Virus record (IMG/VR): IMGVR_UViG_3300009605_004544
Span: 42,982 to 106,981 of that record
Direction: 5' to 3' (one strand)
DNA length: 64,000 bases
Source: a virus
How positions within the stretch are numbered: the stretch's first letter is position 1; each line of letters opens with the position of its first letter. The position numbers and the translations under genes were made by a program. Positions 50,901-58,527 of this stretch are shown in pieces. The notes under the pieces are model-generated. The model did not search any database. It was not told the DNA's origin and saw only the letters and a program-made list of their open reading frames with translations.

Positions 50901-53660
50901 CAAATCCTTCATCTTCTTTAGTGCTTGTTTGGCACTCGTTGGGGCCACGAGAATCCCCAACTGCCGCATCTTAGTCGGATTTCTTTCGATCTCTTTTCTT
51001 GACAGCGTGCCAACGACTGCCTGCACCGCACTGCCTACCTGCTTCTTGTTATTTAGGCTGATATCCCCGAGATTCAATTCCTTGCCAAGTTCCCTTCCCG
51101 CCGTCTCCGTCACCTCTTTGAATAAGTCCTGCGATATCTGACCGGCTATCTTACTCTCGAAGATGCCTGACTTCGTCGCCGCAGTGTTCGTGAGCTTTGC
51201 GTCAAGATATTTTAGTTTCTGGGCTTCTTGGTAGACATTCTTAAATTGTGGAATGCCGCTGGTGTAGTCAAACGGCGATCCACCGGCTATGTCTTCAACC
51301 GTGAAGACCTTATCAACTTGGCTGCCCTCTCCAGTAAAGCCTTTAATAACATCTTCAAATAATTGGCCCTTAAAGCCCTTATCAAACTTCTCGTAAAATG
51401 ACTCGTCAACATCGTCTAGCCCCGTAAATCTACCACCAACGGTCGCCGCAATCGCGTCACCGGCTTTCGTTAGTGCTGCCTCTACGCCCAAGTTCAAAGC
51501 GCCCGCAAAAACTGCTTCTTGCTCGACAGTTCCAAGCCCTTCTATTATTGTGCCAAAGCTTCGCGACTTCCCCATCTTCTTCTCGACTACCTGCGATGCA
51601 ATCTCACCAACTTGGTCACCTAAGCTTTGTACCCCTCCTGATGTGTAATCAACCACATCTTTAACCGTTACGTTGACTTTACCTTTTTTAGCTTTTCGGC
51701 TCTTCTCGTCTTCCCCCTCCATTAATTTCGCAGTAATAATTCCTGCCGCTTGAGGATCTGTTTCTAGAATCCCCCCTCCTTTCGCATATCCCTTTGGAAT
51801 TACATATTCTCCACCCTCTAATATAGCCGGAACGCCACCTCTGGCATGGGAAGGCCCCTTAACAGGACCACCCTTGGCAAACGGAATCGGACGACTTCCC
51901 CCTCCAGCCGAAAGACCCGCAATGACCTGAATCAATTGTTTTGAAATTAACTGTTGGCGGGTCAGAAGATCCCTCGTGGCCTTCGTGTTGGCATTCAGGG
52001 CGGTAACATTACCATTAATAGCCGTTGCTAATGCCTGCCTACTAGCGCCCCCTCCTCCAGCACCACCAGCGCCTCCTCCTCCTCCTCCCGCCCCCGCTAT
52101 CCTTTCTCCAAGACCTCCAGCCCCACCACCCTTTTTAAGACCACCAACGAAACCCTTTCCGAATTCAAATATCCCCTTCGAAATTTTAACCGCTGCTAAG
52201 GTGGCGATGAGGGGCAATATAGGAGTAAGTGTTTCTGCCACGCTCAAGAAGGCATTCGCCAGAGAGAGTGCTACCTTGGCCAGCCCCTGAAACGTCTTGG
52301 AATCAGTGATTGTACGGATAAGGGCACTGAATCGTTCCTGCAATAACTCAAGCTGTTTACCAAGAGGCTTCAAGCCTATTGTTACATCTTTTCCAAGACC
52401 TGCCTTTGCCGCTTCTCCAGCAATCTTGGTAGCCGCTAAGGCCTTATTGAAATTAGTAATGGCAGGAATCAGCTTGCCGACCTGACGAACACCGCCCAAT
52501 TCTTCAGTAATCGCTGAAAGCGTAAGAGCGTCCCCACTCTTAACAATGTCATTTAAACCTCTTGCTAATTCTTGGAAAGCAGGGAAGAGTCCAATAAAGT
52601 TTCCCTTGGCGTCTACTAGCTCGATGTTAAACTGCTTTAGAAATTCAATCGTTCCGCGTCTTTGGATGCGGGTAAAAATTGTCCGCAAGCCTACTGCGAT
52701 TGTCTCTGCGCTTTCACGAGTAGTAGATCTGACAGCGGTAAAGATACCGATTAATTCATTTAAGGACTGTTTTGGGTCGTCTAGGTTCTTAGCTGACGCT
52801 GAAAATACACCACCGGCACGTCTAATAACAGAAATTAGATCTTCTGCCTCAACTGCAAAGCTCTTAGAAACAGCGTTAATACTGGCAAGGACTGCTTCTG
52901 AATCTTTAGCCGCAATATTAAATTGGGCTAAGGCCGCAATGAGGCCTTCTGCCGTATTAGTCATTTCTCCAAAAGAAGGAGCTAGGCTAGATCTGGCAAC
53001 TGCACGTAAAGAGGACTTGACTTCTGCCAGACTTTGGCCAGTTTGAGCGAAAATACGAGCCAACTCTGCTAGCTTATTAGCATCAACACCAAGAGATGTG
53101 GAGAGCTTTGTGATAGAAGAATTTAAACCATCTATCTCTCTTGCGCTAGCCCCCGTTACTTGTATAACCTTGGCAATTTGTCTTTCGTAGTTTATTGCTT
53201 CTGACGTTGCAGCCTGAACCGCCCTAACAAAACCAAAGACAATACCCGTGGCAAGTGTAAAGCCAGTGAATCTTCTAATAGCTAAGGCCGCATCTTTACC
53301 GAATAGCTCTATTTCACTTCCGGCTTGGCGAGCAGCATCTCCCGTCTTAGAAAAGGATTTCTGAACAGCAGCCTGATTCTTGGAGACTTCGGCCCCCGTC
53401 CTCTTAAGAGAATCAAACTCTTTGCCCACGCTTTTAAGATCAGACACGCTTCGCGTTGTAGTACGACTCAGTTCGCCCAAGCCTCTGGTAAGGCCTTCTA
53501 GCCCCCTAGTAAAGTCCCCTAACTGCCTAGACACGTCCTTCGGAATATCCAGTTTGATGGTAGCACTAATGCCCCCTAGCTGCTTTTGTATCTGCTTAGT
53601 GACGGCCTTAATATTCTTGGGGCCTTGCAGAATAATCTGGGCATTAATGTTGAAAGCCAT
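41985..53660 (-). CDS. Tail tape measure protein (3891 aa)
   Basis: TP901-type core (AKVIQVTG...LSTSLGVDANKLAE...INAVSKSFAVEAEDL), GTDTVPAMLTPGEFVIN motif, Ala/Gly-rich hydrophobic segments, position after tail tube and chaperones. Confidence 0.9.
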   Translation of the reverse strand: MAFNINAQIILQGPKNIKAVTKQIQKQLGGISATIKLDIPKDVSRQLGDFTRGLEGLTRGLGELSRTTTRSVSDLKSVGKEFDSLKRTGAEVSKNQAAVQKSFSKTGDAARQAGSEIELFGKDAALAIRRFTGFTLATGIVFGFVRAVQAATSEAINYERQIAKVIQVTGASAREIDGLNSSITKLSTSLGVDANKLAELARIFAQTGQSLAEVKSSLRAVARSSLAPSFGEMTNTAEGLIAALAQFNIAAKDSEAVLASINAVSKSFAVEAEDLISVIRRAGGVFSASAKNLDDPKQSLNELIGIFTAVRSTTRESAETIAVGLRTIFTRIQRRGTIEFLKQFNIELVDAKGNFIGLFPAFQELARGLNDIVKSGDALTLSAITEELGGVRQVGKLIPAITNFNKALAATKIAGEAAKAGLGKDVTIGLKPLGKQLELLQERFSALIRTITDSKTFQGLAKVALSLANAFLSVAETLTPILPLIATLAAVKISKGIFEFGKGFVGGLKKGGGAGGLGERIAGAGGGGGGAGGAGGGGASRQALATAINGNVTALNANTKATRDLLTRQQLISKQLIQVIAGLSAGGGSRPIPFAKGGPVKGPSHARGGVPAILEGGEYVIPKGYAKGGGILETDPQAAGIITAKLMEGEDEKSRKAKKGKVNVTVKDVVDYTSGGVQSLGDQVGEIASQVVEKKMGKSRSFGTIIEGLGTVEQEAVFAGALNLGVEAALTKAGDAIAATVGGRFTGLDDVDESFYEKFDKGFKGQLFEDVIKGFTGEGSQVDKVFTVEDIAGGSPFDYTSGIPQFKNVYQEAQKLKYLDAKLTNTAATKSGIFESKIAGQISQDLFKEVTETAGRELGKELNLGDISLNNKKQVGSAVQAVVGTLSRKEIERNPTKMRQLGILVAPTSAKQALKKMKDLRAGNLERIRPQNKAAGGNIFSRRGTDTVPAMLTPGEFVINKSSAQSIGYGKLKKMNRMARGGIVGGGPQYLQDGGTAGNMTVTIAGGMVEVIGVVEIGGGLDAVVTAINNVETEIGGLQGGTGSVAEKEVAAAPAQQATTSDVNETAVSVDAVTLDVAIAKSGPLGVAIDNVESAVQEGNDVLSQILAGFEASAEAAAPKEQPKEKPKEKKKVEAVEGPTAADTAEVEALSAGLVKVVDEMDRFSKIVSELKFPKNLNKDLVALTKNLKDLGKSADATGSDLSEVAESPGGAPPDTGELTQSASDAAAALQALAEAAVLATEAGAELAESTEDTAEAMDDVSTSSTEAAESAEELADSNDEAATSGADIASGLGNAVGAIGGITAAFATLDFSSAEGTISSVIALGFAVQSATAAITTLGPALGGMTGVFGRLTGVTAADATALSAHTAFLEADAVASAASAAAEEAEIIANLASTNATVAATLADEFGTVAEIQAASSSASLAAANALAARQSTIAAASDAGEALASKTAASADLLEAAASLKAAVSGIGGAAAKGIGGGLSAIGGGIAGIGAKIGISGVGGAGAVAGATGALTSISAGITAMLPVITAGFALLTPLLIAAAIGKVIIKPLADAFKNAVFGKEEELAPGVKGRRGGTGEKGAAQLAGVDAAANSLIAIIAGLGIGLVLAFSPLFAVAAPIAILVGAIVAVIGILYGLGQAFVAFQNQLEFNALVTLQKSAEKLSKTFDNLSKLSIVSTANLRGVNTQLEEVVTDSAKFIEQSIKANFTEQIFSAGNLFETAVNKALPNLIAPWLGIGNTVLSVIDGLFMGADVGAVAQGETTLRGALSGDLRGGARGDFTGAGAQSVDAFSEQLSQIGSEGIFSSLLNGVDLFITKLPIIGGLLGNLAGSFDRIEKNINIGKFLIFGEAIKNAADQISDDDIKKIEEQFGRIIDQFTTDLAQLGDMDTLNTLADMQTIDPDVSSVEAQAVLIDNAFADLSSTLTNVADPLGKFGKELDRFIGNLTQIKFLKDVANQITLLEKSGREAEAGKLAEVFVDLNAELAEAADGAAKIGILRDKIAELEKIVESGTKAQSDAAKGALRSIRAVEQQTVEMVAESAARARSTELLRQSTQALDALAAGLELFGGTLTGISDQVQTLAGQIQSEFDMITGEKLIGKLEEFNPFENVAAATDEQIDAGVSQLQSLGGKDEGDVAFKNLGDLAKAQSDLPRIMRDVLNDLKLGREPGETISNQDVRDAIIGKKATDKEAGSGLLGAGIELPPQAMEALVKALEGEAAQGRQGEGLVFSFDQLTNILEKTGKVTELLGQVSEIAAQQLSAAFSALNSFKNSLLDVARVQQKINKFRLESELGVLDKQESIRDRIDKALGRTPNAFKRATADLQKRLEILAKGGVQGGTALAGDVLDPNTLFNRLETLEQKRDAARQKLGLKPGQAALGGGGEGAVALTQEMRANSDELAKLNSEINGTEAALKELANDTRLLAAIEGKIHEQKARELASKSTVVSILDGLNKLQKGEITVQDFNKTITGPLDALERATADGGSVSFDEAVDLITRLQGGDKLLAGRIETKARGIAEARGLDPGDAGEVQKIKDELLNNLITSAGIRGVGMAEAGGLPGVGDILRQELNNILDAQTEQETLGTVMERIGNAQIGILEKQTARQNAQLQVVLQTAEEGFLRAAHDFQDAVAEFAAMRGGTSAQAAEDLARVRLEKQQKVTEQARTRVAGAEAEVQRMPTRTNKTELEAAKERLKIEEEIERRAANRLKRAQKLNESQKKQNKVRKKDEKEAKDKAKKDKDLIEGEEKKDGKAADDGKKKEKSRTSQEGRPAPREQREEAEAKRSDKSAAAEIGLGLCCTEITRRLDAIITVLGGELTTSPLDLRALALATGVDPSTLSQPDPNRAKGSFLTIFDDIQAQIDRVAKDGAESGKFGETGLRKNLTSSAFPEAGLLGEFLDKTLSDLEGQLTGKTDVEALGLLDKLIADLTKDISDITASETGESGKRDVRSKDPFVEKKKALEEVRKRIKAQQEAPQDPKAKQAAKTQARAGGILGAIQTSNDILKQILTCLCGGLLPETQALNTTTAEVVKKTEENKKATENIPKTTDEMKTPVPSEKKALKKEEGAREKIDRLKKESRAISDRVEAAEETGDQDEVTRIIVEEGIPKTLELIKAIQDSRKEGQVPPAKDPVPDPVPEERPSLRVTEPAHPRPSQERTLEEDRGFAYPPFHGPEGVLSETREGVTKSITQAEFDEDLPTSREFQDRLRKNNAGGMRPETEAEKAARLDRQGVRERGAADDASDSEKTRARSLRLRELLDEKFEGGTTRGTGAGADPELQGSIQSPATARMVSAALTLSSRREQTVGEERVLSGAAATGARAQARGRVGGAAFRPDVSTAALQKGADKKKRDQLREINKDRITTAREGDPFERAKAPGRAKALEPKDVGAGEFAIGPDDPVAKLKEFMNAGRVSSVKGIREFSESGGQTRVTRGQLDAQMQASRNEQQRLQDERDAKRKKNDADKKKAQDKREADAAARVAASGVGVAGGPGGAGAGGPGGAGAGAAGVAPAGPGGFPAGGMLGVLINIDKNIVKLVECCKAGGGGGGGGAGGGLANAAQQADLIKEQTDRKIAADQEKSAKTLEGLEDEKAKSAAKAERKFNTGLGIDASGDSSLVKRRKRFINKGQMKGRFNDEKALKNAIQRQESTKRIDENRLGGVNSRRPEFGFDEGGRPTGDTSLIEAGIEEDERQRAMGGRGLPAFRRYKEERVRKAQEEEMELIRAQEMHEKERAAKEQERLQTEGDRKRQAVLSAPAAGGGAGGGAGGGGGGAAAGGNIITQMQQGAESAGVIIAGHLERAATLFASGEQWAIAGEKFGQAALERLQATEISIRAQIGPISVTLTDNGLLEKLRTGLSSEIRDTVQEALNSRFNPDGTTIDPSLQTPFGPAGGLA

Positions 53661-53684
53661 CGCTGATCTCTAACGTCTACATAC

Positions 53685-53737
53685 AAAAAGTGGCCACACC
53701 ATCAAACAGATGAAAAACTGTTTCCGGCATGACCACT
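53685..53737 (-). terminator. Long hairpin + U-tract directly upstream of the tape measure gene
   Basis: Minus strand AGUGGUCAUGCC/GGUGUGGCCACU 12-bp stem (with G-U pairs), inner AAACAG/CUGUUU, then a U-run. Confidence 0.7.
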
Positions 53738-53751
53738 GTCCGAGAGCTAAA

Positions 53752-54741
53752 TTAATCGCTAGACTGTTCTACTTCGGTTTCTGTTGCCTCAGTCTTTACG
53801 GCTTTCTTTTTTCTTCGTTTTGGCTTTGATTCGGAAGGCTTCTTCTCTACAGCCTCTTCTACTTCTACTTCTTCATCTGCTTCTTCTGAAGTCTCTTCTG
53901 AAGTCTCTTCTGCAACCTCGTCTGGAAATTCAGTTTCGTCAATAGGTTTCCCTCCATCGTCTAAAAATGGAGCATGCTTTACTGCAAAATCTCCATCTTC
54001 TGTAACCGACCTACCCACAGGATCGACCTTGGTGGAAGTGCCGTCTTTATTCCATTTGACAAAGTTTCCATTGTCATCAACGTGCTTACCTTCTTTAGTA
54101 ATCAGTCTACCGTCGCTGTCAATTAATCGTAATTCTTGATCAGCAAATTTGAACTTCTTCAGAAACTTATTCTCTGGCAATCTATTGTCAACGCTGTCAC
54201 TTCCCGAAATCAGATAATAGAATTCACTAGCTCCTGCGAGCGCAACCGGGTCATCTTGATTTAATAAATAGTCGTCAAGTTTATTGGGAAAATAGTGATC
54301 TCCGCTATCATCATACACCAAACAACAAGAGAAAAGAAAGTTAAAGCGGGACGCATCGGCCTTCCCTTCGCACGTATTAGAGTCTAGATCGGTGCGAGCA
54401 GAAAGCATCTCAACCATCTTGTTTCTCTTTTCTAACATCTCCAGTGCTATGGCTCGCGCCTTGCTCAGCCTCACACCACCCTTTTGCAGTCTGTATTCTC
54501 CATCCAGTACTTCTGCACGCAGGGTTTGATATTCCTCTTCACGCTTGTCGTTCCAAAGCTTTCTTCGTCGTAGCTCTGTTTCCAGTTGATCTCTAAGCAG
54601 ATCGCCTCTACTCAGAGCCTCATTAAAGGTTTTGGCACGCATTTCGTTTGCTTCTTTGATCTCTTCGACCGTAGGCACGCGAACTGCATACGTTTCACCA
54701 TCAACATCAAAATTTCTTTTTTGTGTGGTTTCTTCAGGCAT
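53752..54741 (-). CDS. Putative tail assembly chaperone (G-like) with acidic/basic tail
   Basis: Immediately upstream of the TMP; N-terminal 137 aa align without gaps to ORF 55119..56174; GAGGAG RBS before ATG 54741. Confidence 0.55.
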   Translation of the reverse strand: MPEETTQKRNFDVDGETYAVRVPTVEEIKEANEMRAKTFNEALSRGDLLRDQLETELRRRKLWNDKREEEYQTLRAEVLDGEYRLQKGGVRLSKARAIALEMLEKRNKMVEMLSARTDLDSNTCEGKADASRFNFLFSCCLVYDDSGDHYFPNKLDDYLLNQDDPVALAGASEFYYLISGSDSVDNRLPENKFLKKFKFADQELRLIDSDGRLITKEGKHVDDNGNFVKWNKDGTSTKVDPVGRSVTEDGDFAVKHAPFLDDGGKPIDETEFPDEVAEETSEETSEEADEEVEVEEAVEKKPSESKPKRRKKKAVKTEATETEVEQSSD

Positions 54742-54742
54742 T

Positions 54743-55117
54743 TTAAGACTCCTCATTATTCCTGTTATAAAAACGTGTTACATAGCGATTCCAAGAAAAG
54801 GTGTACTGCGCAATCTCATTCTGCGCGGCTCTCAAGTTAGAATTGCCATTATCTAATACTTTTGATCTTGTCTCCATCCACGCATCTCTCCAAAACATTT
54901 GATCTTCATCTAGCTCTTGTAAAGGAAGACCATGTCCCCACAACTCTCCAAAACTCTCTTCAAACGCAGCTAAAGAACCTATAATCGTCGTATCGAATTT
55001 CTTTTTAAGTATGTTTAAAAGTCTGCGCTTTGAACTGTCTTTGTATTTTTCATCTTGATCTGAGCGTCGGTGATCGACTTCGTATTTAAAATTCACATAT
55101 TCTTCTTCATGCTCCAT
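54743..55117 (-). CDS. Hypothetical protein in the tail module
   Basis: GGAGG RBS before ATG 55117; 124-aa helical ORF. Confidence 0.65.
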   Translation of the reverse strand: MEHEEEYVNFKYEVDHRRSDQDEKYKDSSKRRLLNILKKKFDTTIIGSLAAFEESFGELWGHGLPLQELDEDQMFWRDAWMETRSKVLDNGNSNLRAAQNEIAQYTFSWNRYVTRFYNRNNEES

Positions 55118-55118
55118 A

Positions 55119-56174
55119 CTATTTCCCTCCTTTAAGTTTACTCTTATATTCTTCAATCTGCTGCTTTCGCAATTCCAGTTTGGTATCAGGAAGGTCTTTA
55201 GCTTCAACGGACTCGTTGTTTTCAATAAATTTTTGTCTCTGCTGTATTTTTACCCTTGCATCTGGCGTATTTAAATCATATACTTTGTCTGCGTCTTCTC
55301 TAGTTGGTGCAAAGACAAATACCTCTTGCGCCGAATCTGGCACATTACCTACCTTGTCAACCTGTTTTTGTTTTTGATCCTTTTCTCTTTCTCTTCTTTG
55401 ATCAATCAGCCATCCATCAAACATGTCATCGTCTTCAAACACTATGTCTGGAGGACACTCCATGTTCTGATACGCATTATCGTACATCTTCGCAAACGTA
55501 ACTAAAGTTCTCTGGTCATCTGTATATTCAGAGGAACGGACTTTTAAACATGATTCTTTTCCTAGATTCCACATTGTACGCCATGGGTCGCTGCGGGCTA
55601 ATTCTCTAATACTCTCTACTGTTATTATATCCATTTCTAAGAAGCTTGTAGCCTGTTCTAATACCGAAGAATCGGAATTCCAAAAACTTTCTTCATTGTA
55701 AACGTTGTTGTTGTCTGGTCCTATTAGGCACATCGCGGTAAGAAATCGTTTTTTAATCGAACTCGCGTGGAAGCTAAGGGTCATGTAGTCCAAAGAATGT
55801 TTTTTCATCAAGGCGTTATTAAGAGACTTTTTAGCATACTCCAGAGTACGCCTAGTTTTTTTCTGCTTATCTGAATTGTATAAAAATTTGAATAGCTCAA
55901 CCTTTTTGTCTTCTATATGCTTTTCCAAATTCTTTAAAGCCTCTGCGTTCTCTGGACCCCAAATGCCCAAGCTGCGAAGAAATAAAGCGGCTCTTTCGTC
56001 GGTGATAAAGTTATCGAACCTTAAAGAGCTAAAGGTTTCCTGATAAACATGCTCTGATAATAGCCTGAGTTCCGCAGAAGGCGCAATTAACTTGTATCTG
56101 ACACCTTCAATAGTAATAAATTTTAACCCACTAATAATCTGATAGGTCAAAAAGTTCTTTCGTCCCTCGTCCAT
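55119..56174 (-). CDS. Putative tail assembly chaperone (GT-like)
   Basis: Directly after the tail tube; paralogous N-terminus plus distinct C-terminal PPDIVFEDDDMFDGW domain. Confidence 0.55.
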   Translation of the reverse strand: MDEGRKNFLTYQIISGLKFITIEGVRYKLIAPSAELRLLSEHVYQETFSSLRFDNFITDERAALFLRSLGIWGPENAEALKNLEKHIEDKKVELFKFLYNSDKQKKTRRTLEYAKKSLNNALMKKHSLDYMTLSFHASSIKKRFLTAMCLIGPDNNNVYNEESFWNSDSSVLEQATSFLEMDIITVESIRELARSDPWRTMWNLGKESCLKVRSSEYTDDQRTLVTFAKMYDNAYQNMECPPDIVFEDDDMFDGWLIDQRREREKDQKQKQVDKVGNVPDSAQEVFVFAPTREDADKVYDLNTPDARVKIQQRQKFIENNESVEAKDLPDTKLELRKQQIEEYKSKLKGGK

Positions 56175-56184
56175 TTAGTGCTCC

Positions 56185-56259
56185 AAAAAAGCCAGCAGTG
56201 AAAACTCGCCTAAATCCTTATTCTTTATTGCTTGCCAAGGCTATCGCCTTACTGCTGAC
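56185..56259 (-). promoter_or_regulatory. Structured leader (multi-stem + U6) before ORF 56174
   Basis: GUCAGCAGU/ACUGCUGGC 9-bp stem enclosing an AAGGC-GAUA-GCCUU hairpin, followed by UUUUUU and a GGAG RBS. Confidence 0.5.
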
Positions 56260-56292
56260 AAAATGGGGGGAGAGCAAAAACCTCTCCCCCCA
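56260..56292 (-). terminator. Rho-independent terminator after the major tail gene
   Basis: Perfect 11-bp stem UGGGGGGAGAG/CUCUCCCCCCA, 7-nt loop, then UUUU. Confidence 0.8.
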
Positions 56293-56320
56293 GATTATCT
56301 TAACTAACTACTCTTTCATA

Positions 56321-57496
56321 TTACGCTAGATAAGCCTGACGGTTATCCCACCACGCCTGACCGGAGGCATCTGGGTCTTGACGATGCAGAACGGTAAAGT
56401 CGTTGAAGGTAGTATAACTGTAACTAACAGTAACGTTACCTCCACCAGCGTCACCTCCACCATAGTTGACTGAGGCTAGCTTGTTCTTAGTGCCAAGGAA
56501 GACCCGCAATCCCTCACAGGTTGCAAGGCGAATCGTCTGGTTACTAAGATTGTCCACGATACCCGTGCAAGGATCAGTAGACGTGCTACAGCCATCAGCA
56601 AAGGCGTTAATCAAGTCACCACTAATCGAGAGAACTTCGATATCGCAAGTCACTTCAACCGGGAAAGTTACAACGCGAGCATAAGGCTGTCGCGTACCCA
56701 GTTCGAATAGTTCTTCACGACCCAAGTCTGTCGAAACGGTAATACTCTGAAGGTGAACCTCGTTCGCGGAGTTCTGCCGGGGATTCAGCCAGCCATTGGT
56801 GTCTACGCCCGGAATTTCACTCGGAAGTCTGGTATAGTCAAATCCAGTAGCTGCCGCTGCCAAGTCTGCGGAACTTGCAGCGAACGATAGGTTCTCACGA
56901 CGGTTAATGCCACCAGTACCGATGGGAGCATCATTGTTGTCGGGAAATGCACCAGTTTCATGAGCCATCGCCCAACCGGGATTCGTGCAGTCGATGGCGC
57001 CTGCCGTGATACCCTGCTGCCATCCCTTGTTGTTACCCACGAGGGTAAGATCTTCGCTGAAGTTGTCTTCAAGTGGGAAGTTGTAGGTGACAGCACTACA
57101 GAACATACCCGAGGCTTCCATCTGTTGCACTGGGTTGCCGCTGGCACTATCTTGCGTATCGGGCCAAATACCTAATGCTACAAGGCACTTGGCATTCGAG
57201 CGACCGGCAAGTGTCGGAGTACGGTGCTCCCCAACGACGGCATCTTGTTGGGTTGCAAGGTGATAGAGCAAGGGATAACCATCCAACACCTTACTCATGG
57301 TCATTTCGATATCGGGCACGCCTTCGATGTTTTCATAAATAGCCAACTGACCAAGTTCGAATGCCTGCTCAAGGTTGAAAGTAGTAGTCACGGCTACGGA
57401 CTGAACACCGTGGGCCGGATACCACTGCGCTGTTCCAGCCGCACCATCTCGTCTAAATGATAGCTGCTGGTTCGCAAAATAAATTCTATTAGCCAT
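56321..57496 (-). CDS. Major tail tube protein
   Basis: GVQSVAVTTTFNLEQAFELGQ and LQSITVSTDLGREELFELG (internally duplicated tube-like motif); strong AGGAG RBS; followed by a terminator. Confidence 0.75.
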   Translation of the reverse strand: MANRIYFANQQLSFRRDGAAGTAQWYPAHGVQSVAVTTTFNLEQAFELGQLAIYENIEGVPDIEMTMSKVLDGYPLLYHLATQQDAVVGEHRTPTLAGRSNAKCLVALGIWPDTQDSASGNPVQQMEASGMFCSAVTYNFPLEDNFSEDLTLVGNNKGWQQGITAGAIDCTNPGWAMAHETGAFPDNNDAPIGTGGINRRENLSFAASSADLAAAATGFDYTRLPSEIPGVDTNGWLNPRQNSANEVHLQSITVSTDLGREELFELGTRQPYARVVTFPVEVTCDIEVLSISGDLINAFADGCSTSTDPCTGIVDNLSNQTIRLATCEGLRVFLGTKNKLASVNYGGGDAGGGNVTVSYSYTTFNDFTVLHRQDPDASGQAWWDNRQAYLA

Positions 57497-57564
57497 GAAA
57501 TCTCTCCTGTTTTTAGGAAATTCTTAACTTTTGGGCATGGGGAAACCTACTTAAAGATACACCA

Positions 57565-58527
57565 TCATGAGAAAATAACTTCAAAACTCGCTCTGACAGT
57601 ACCTTCATAAAGTCTAGAGTTATAAGACTCCATCTCTGACACTCCCATGCTTGTAATTCTTGCTGTAGTAAATTGATAAGCTGGCGTATTAGTTAGTCCA
57701 GAATAATTATTCTCAGGAGCCACTACCATTCCTCTGTAATCTAAGGGATAGGCACCGGAGTCTGCTATTTTATTAGAATCGTAAAGCATTAATGTGCTAT
57801 CTTTTTGTACAGAGATGATATCTACTAATTGATTTCTCCACCATCTTGATTCTGCTACAATGTGAAATAAGACATCTTGCGTAATAAAGTTTGAGGAATT
57901 GCCAAGCTCATAGGGTTGATAAGTTCTTCTAGGGACTGTTTCGACTACCACTGCTGGCATTTGAACGCGATGATTTGACAAAATACCCCAATTGCCTGAT
58001 GAAATCTGATCAAAGGTTGGGTCGTCAACACGCATCGAATTATATTGAAGCTCGTCCCACCATGGCGCTTGATCGGCAACATAAACTTGCACATTTCTGT
58101 AGCTATAATTAAGTTTCACAGCAGAAGTAACAGGTATGGCACTGTCAAAAACAACTCTTCCTAAAGGATAATTGTAATGATGAGGGTATGTGGCATCGCC
58201 CGTGCCATAGAAGGCTCCATTAATAGACACTCCGGTTATAGGAATGGGACTCCCGCCAGTATACTGAGTGTCAGTTTCCCATACCCAATCCTTTCGTGCC
58301 GTTTCCCAGACTTGGCCTTTAGTATAAGAAGGGTCGTCAACGAGCCTTAGCTGATCAAACGTGCCTCCCCATGCGCCAGATGTTGGGATTGTTACATTAA
58401 ACCATCCTCCGATTCCCAAAAAACCCCAATCAAGAAAGCTCTTCAAGTTAGACTCTAACTCGGAGTTCAGCAGGGTGTTCCCCACCTGTGATACATGCTG
58501 GAATTTAGTAGAGATATCAGAACTCAT
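57565..58527 (-). CDS. Putative tail completion/terminator protein
   Basis: Upstream of the tail tube; MPAVVVE...DVLFHIVAE resembles tail terminator folds. Confidence 0.5.
   Translation of the reverse strand: MSSDISTKFQHVSQVGNTLLNSELESNLKSFLDWGFLGIGGWFNVTIPTSGAWGGTFDQLRLVDDPSYTKGQVWETARKDWVWETDTQYTGGSPIPITGVSINGAFYGTGDATYPHHYNYPLGRVVFDSAIPVTSAVKLNYSYRNVQVYVADQAPWWDELQYNSMRVDDPTFDQISSGNWGILSNHRVQMPAVVVETVPRRTYQPYELGNSSNFITQDVLFHIVAESRWWRNQLVDIISVQKDSTLMLYDSNKIADSGAYPLDYRGMVVAPENNYSGLTNTPAYQFTTARITSMGVSEMESYNSRLYEGTVRASFEVIFS

Noticed and set aside
42064-53673. Numerous + strand ORFs of 60-200 aa opposite the tape measure gene
   Set aside because: Antisense shadows of a long, codon-biased gene, with no recognisable motifs.
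57497-57564. Phage late promoter upstream of the tail tube gene
   Set aside because: Plausible by position, but I could not find a motif repeated in other intergenic regions to support a call.
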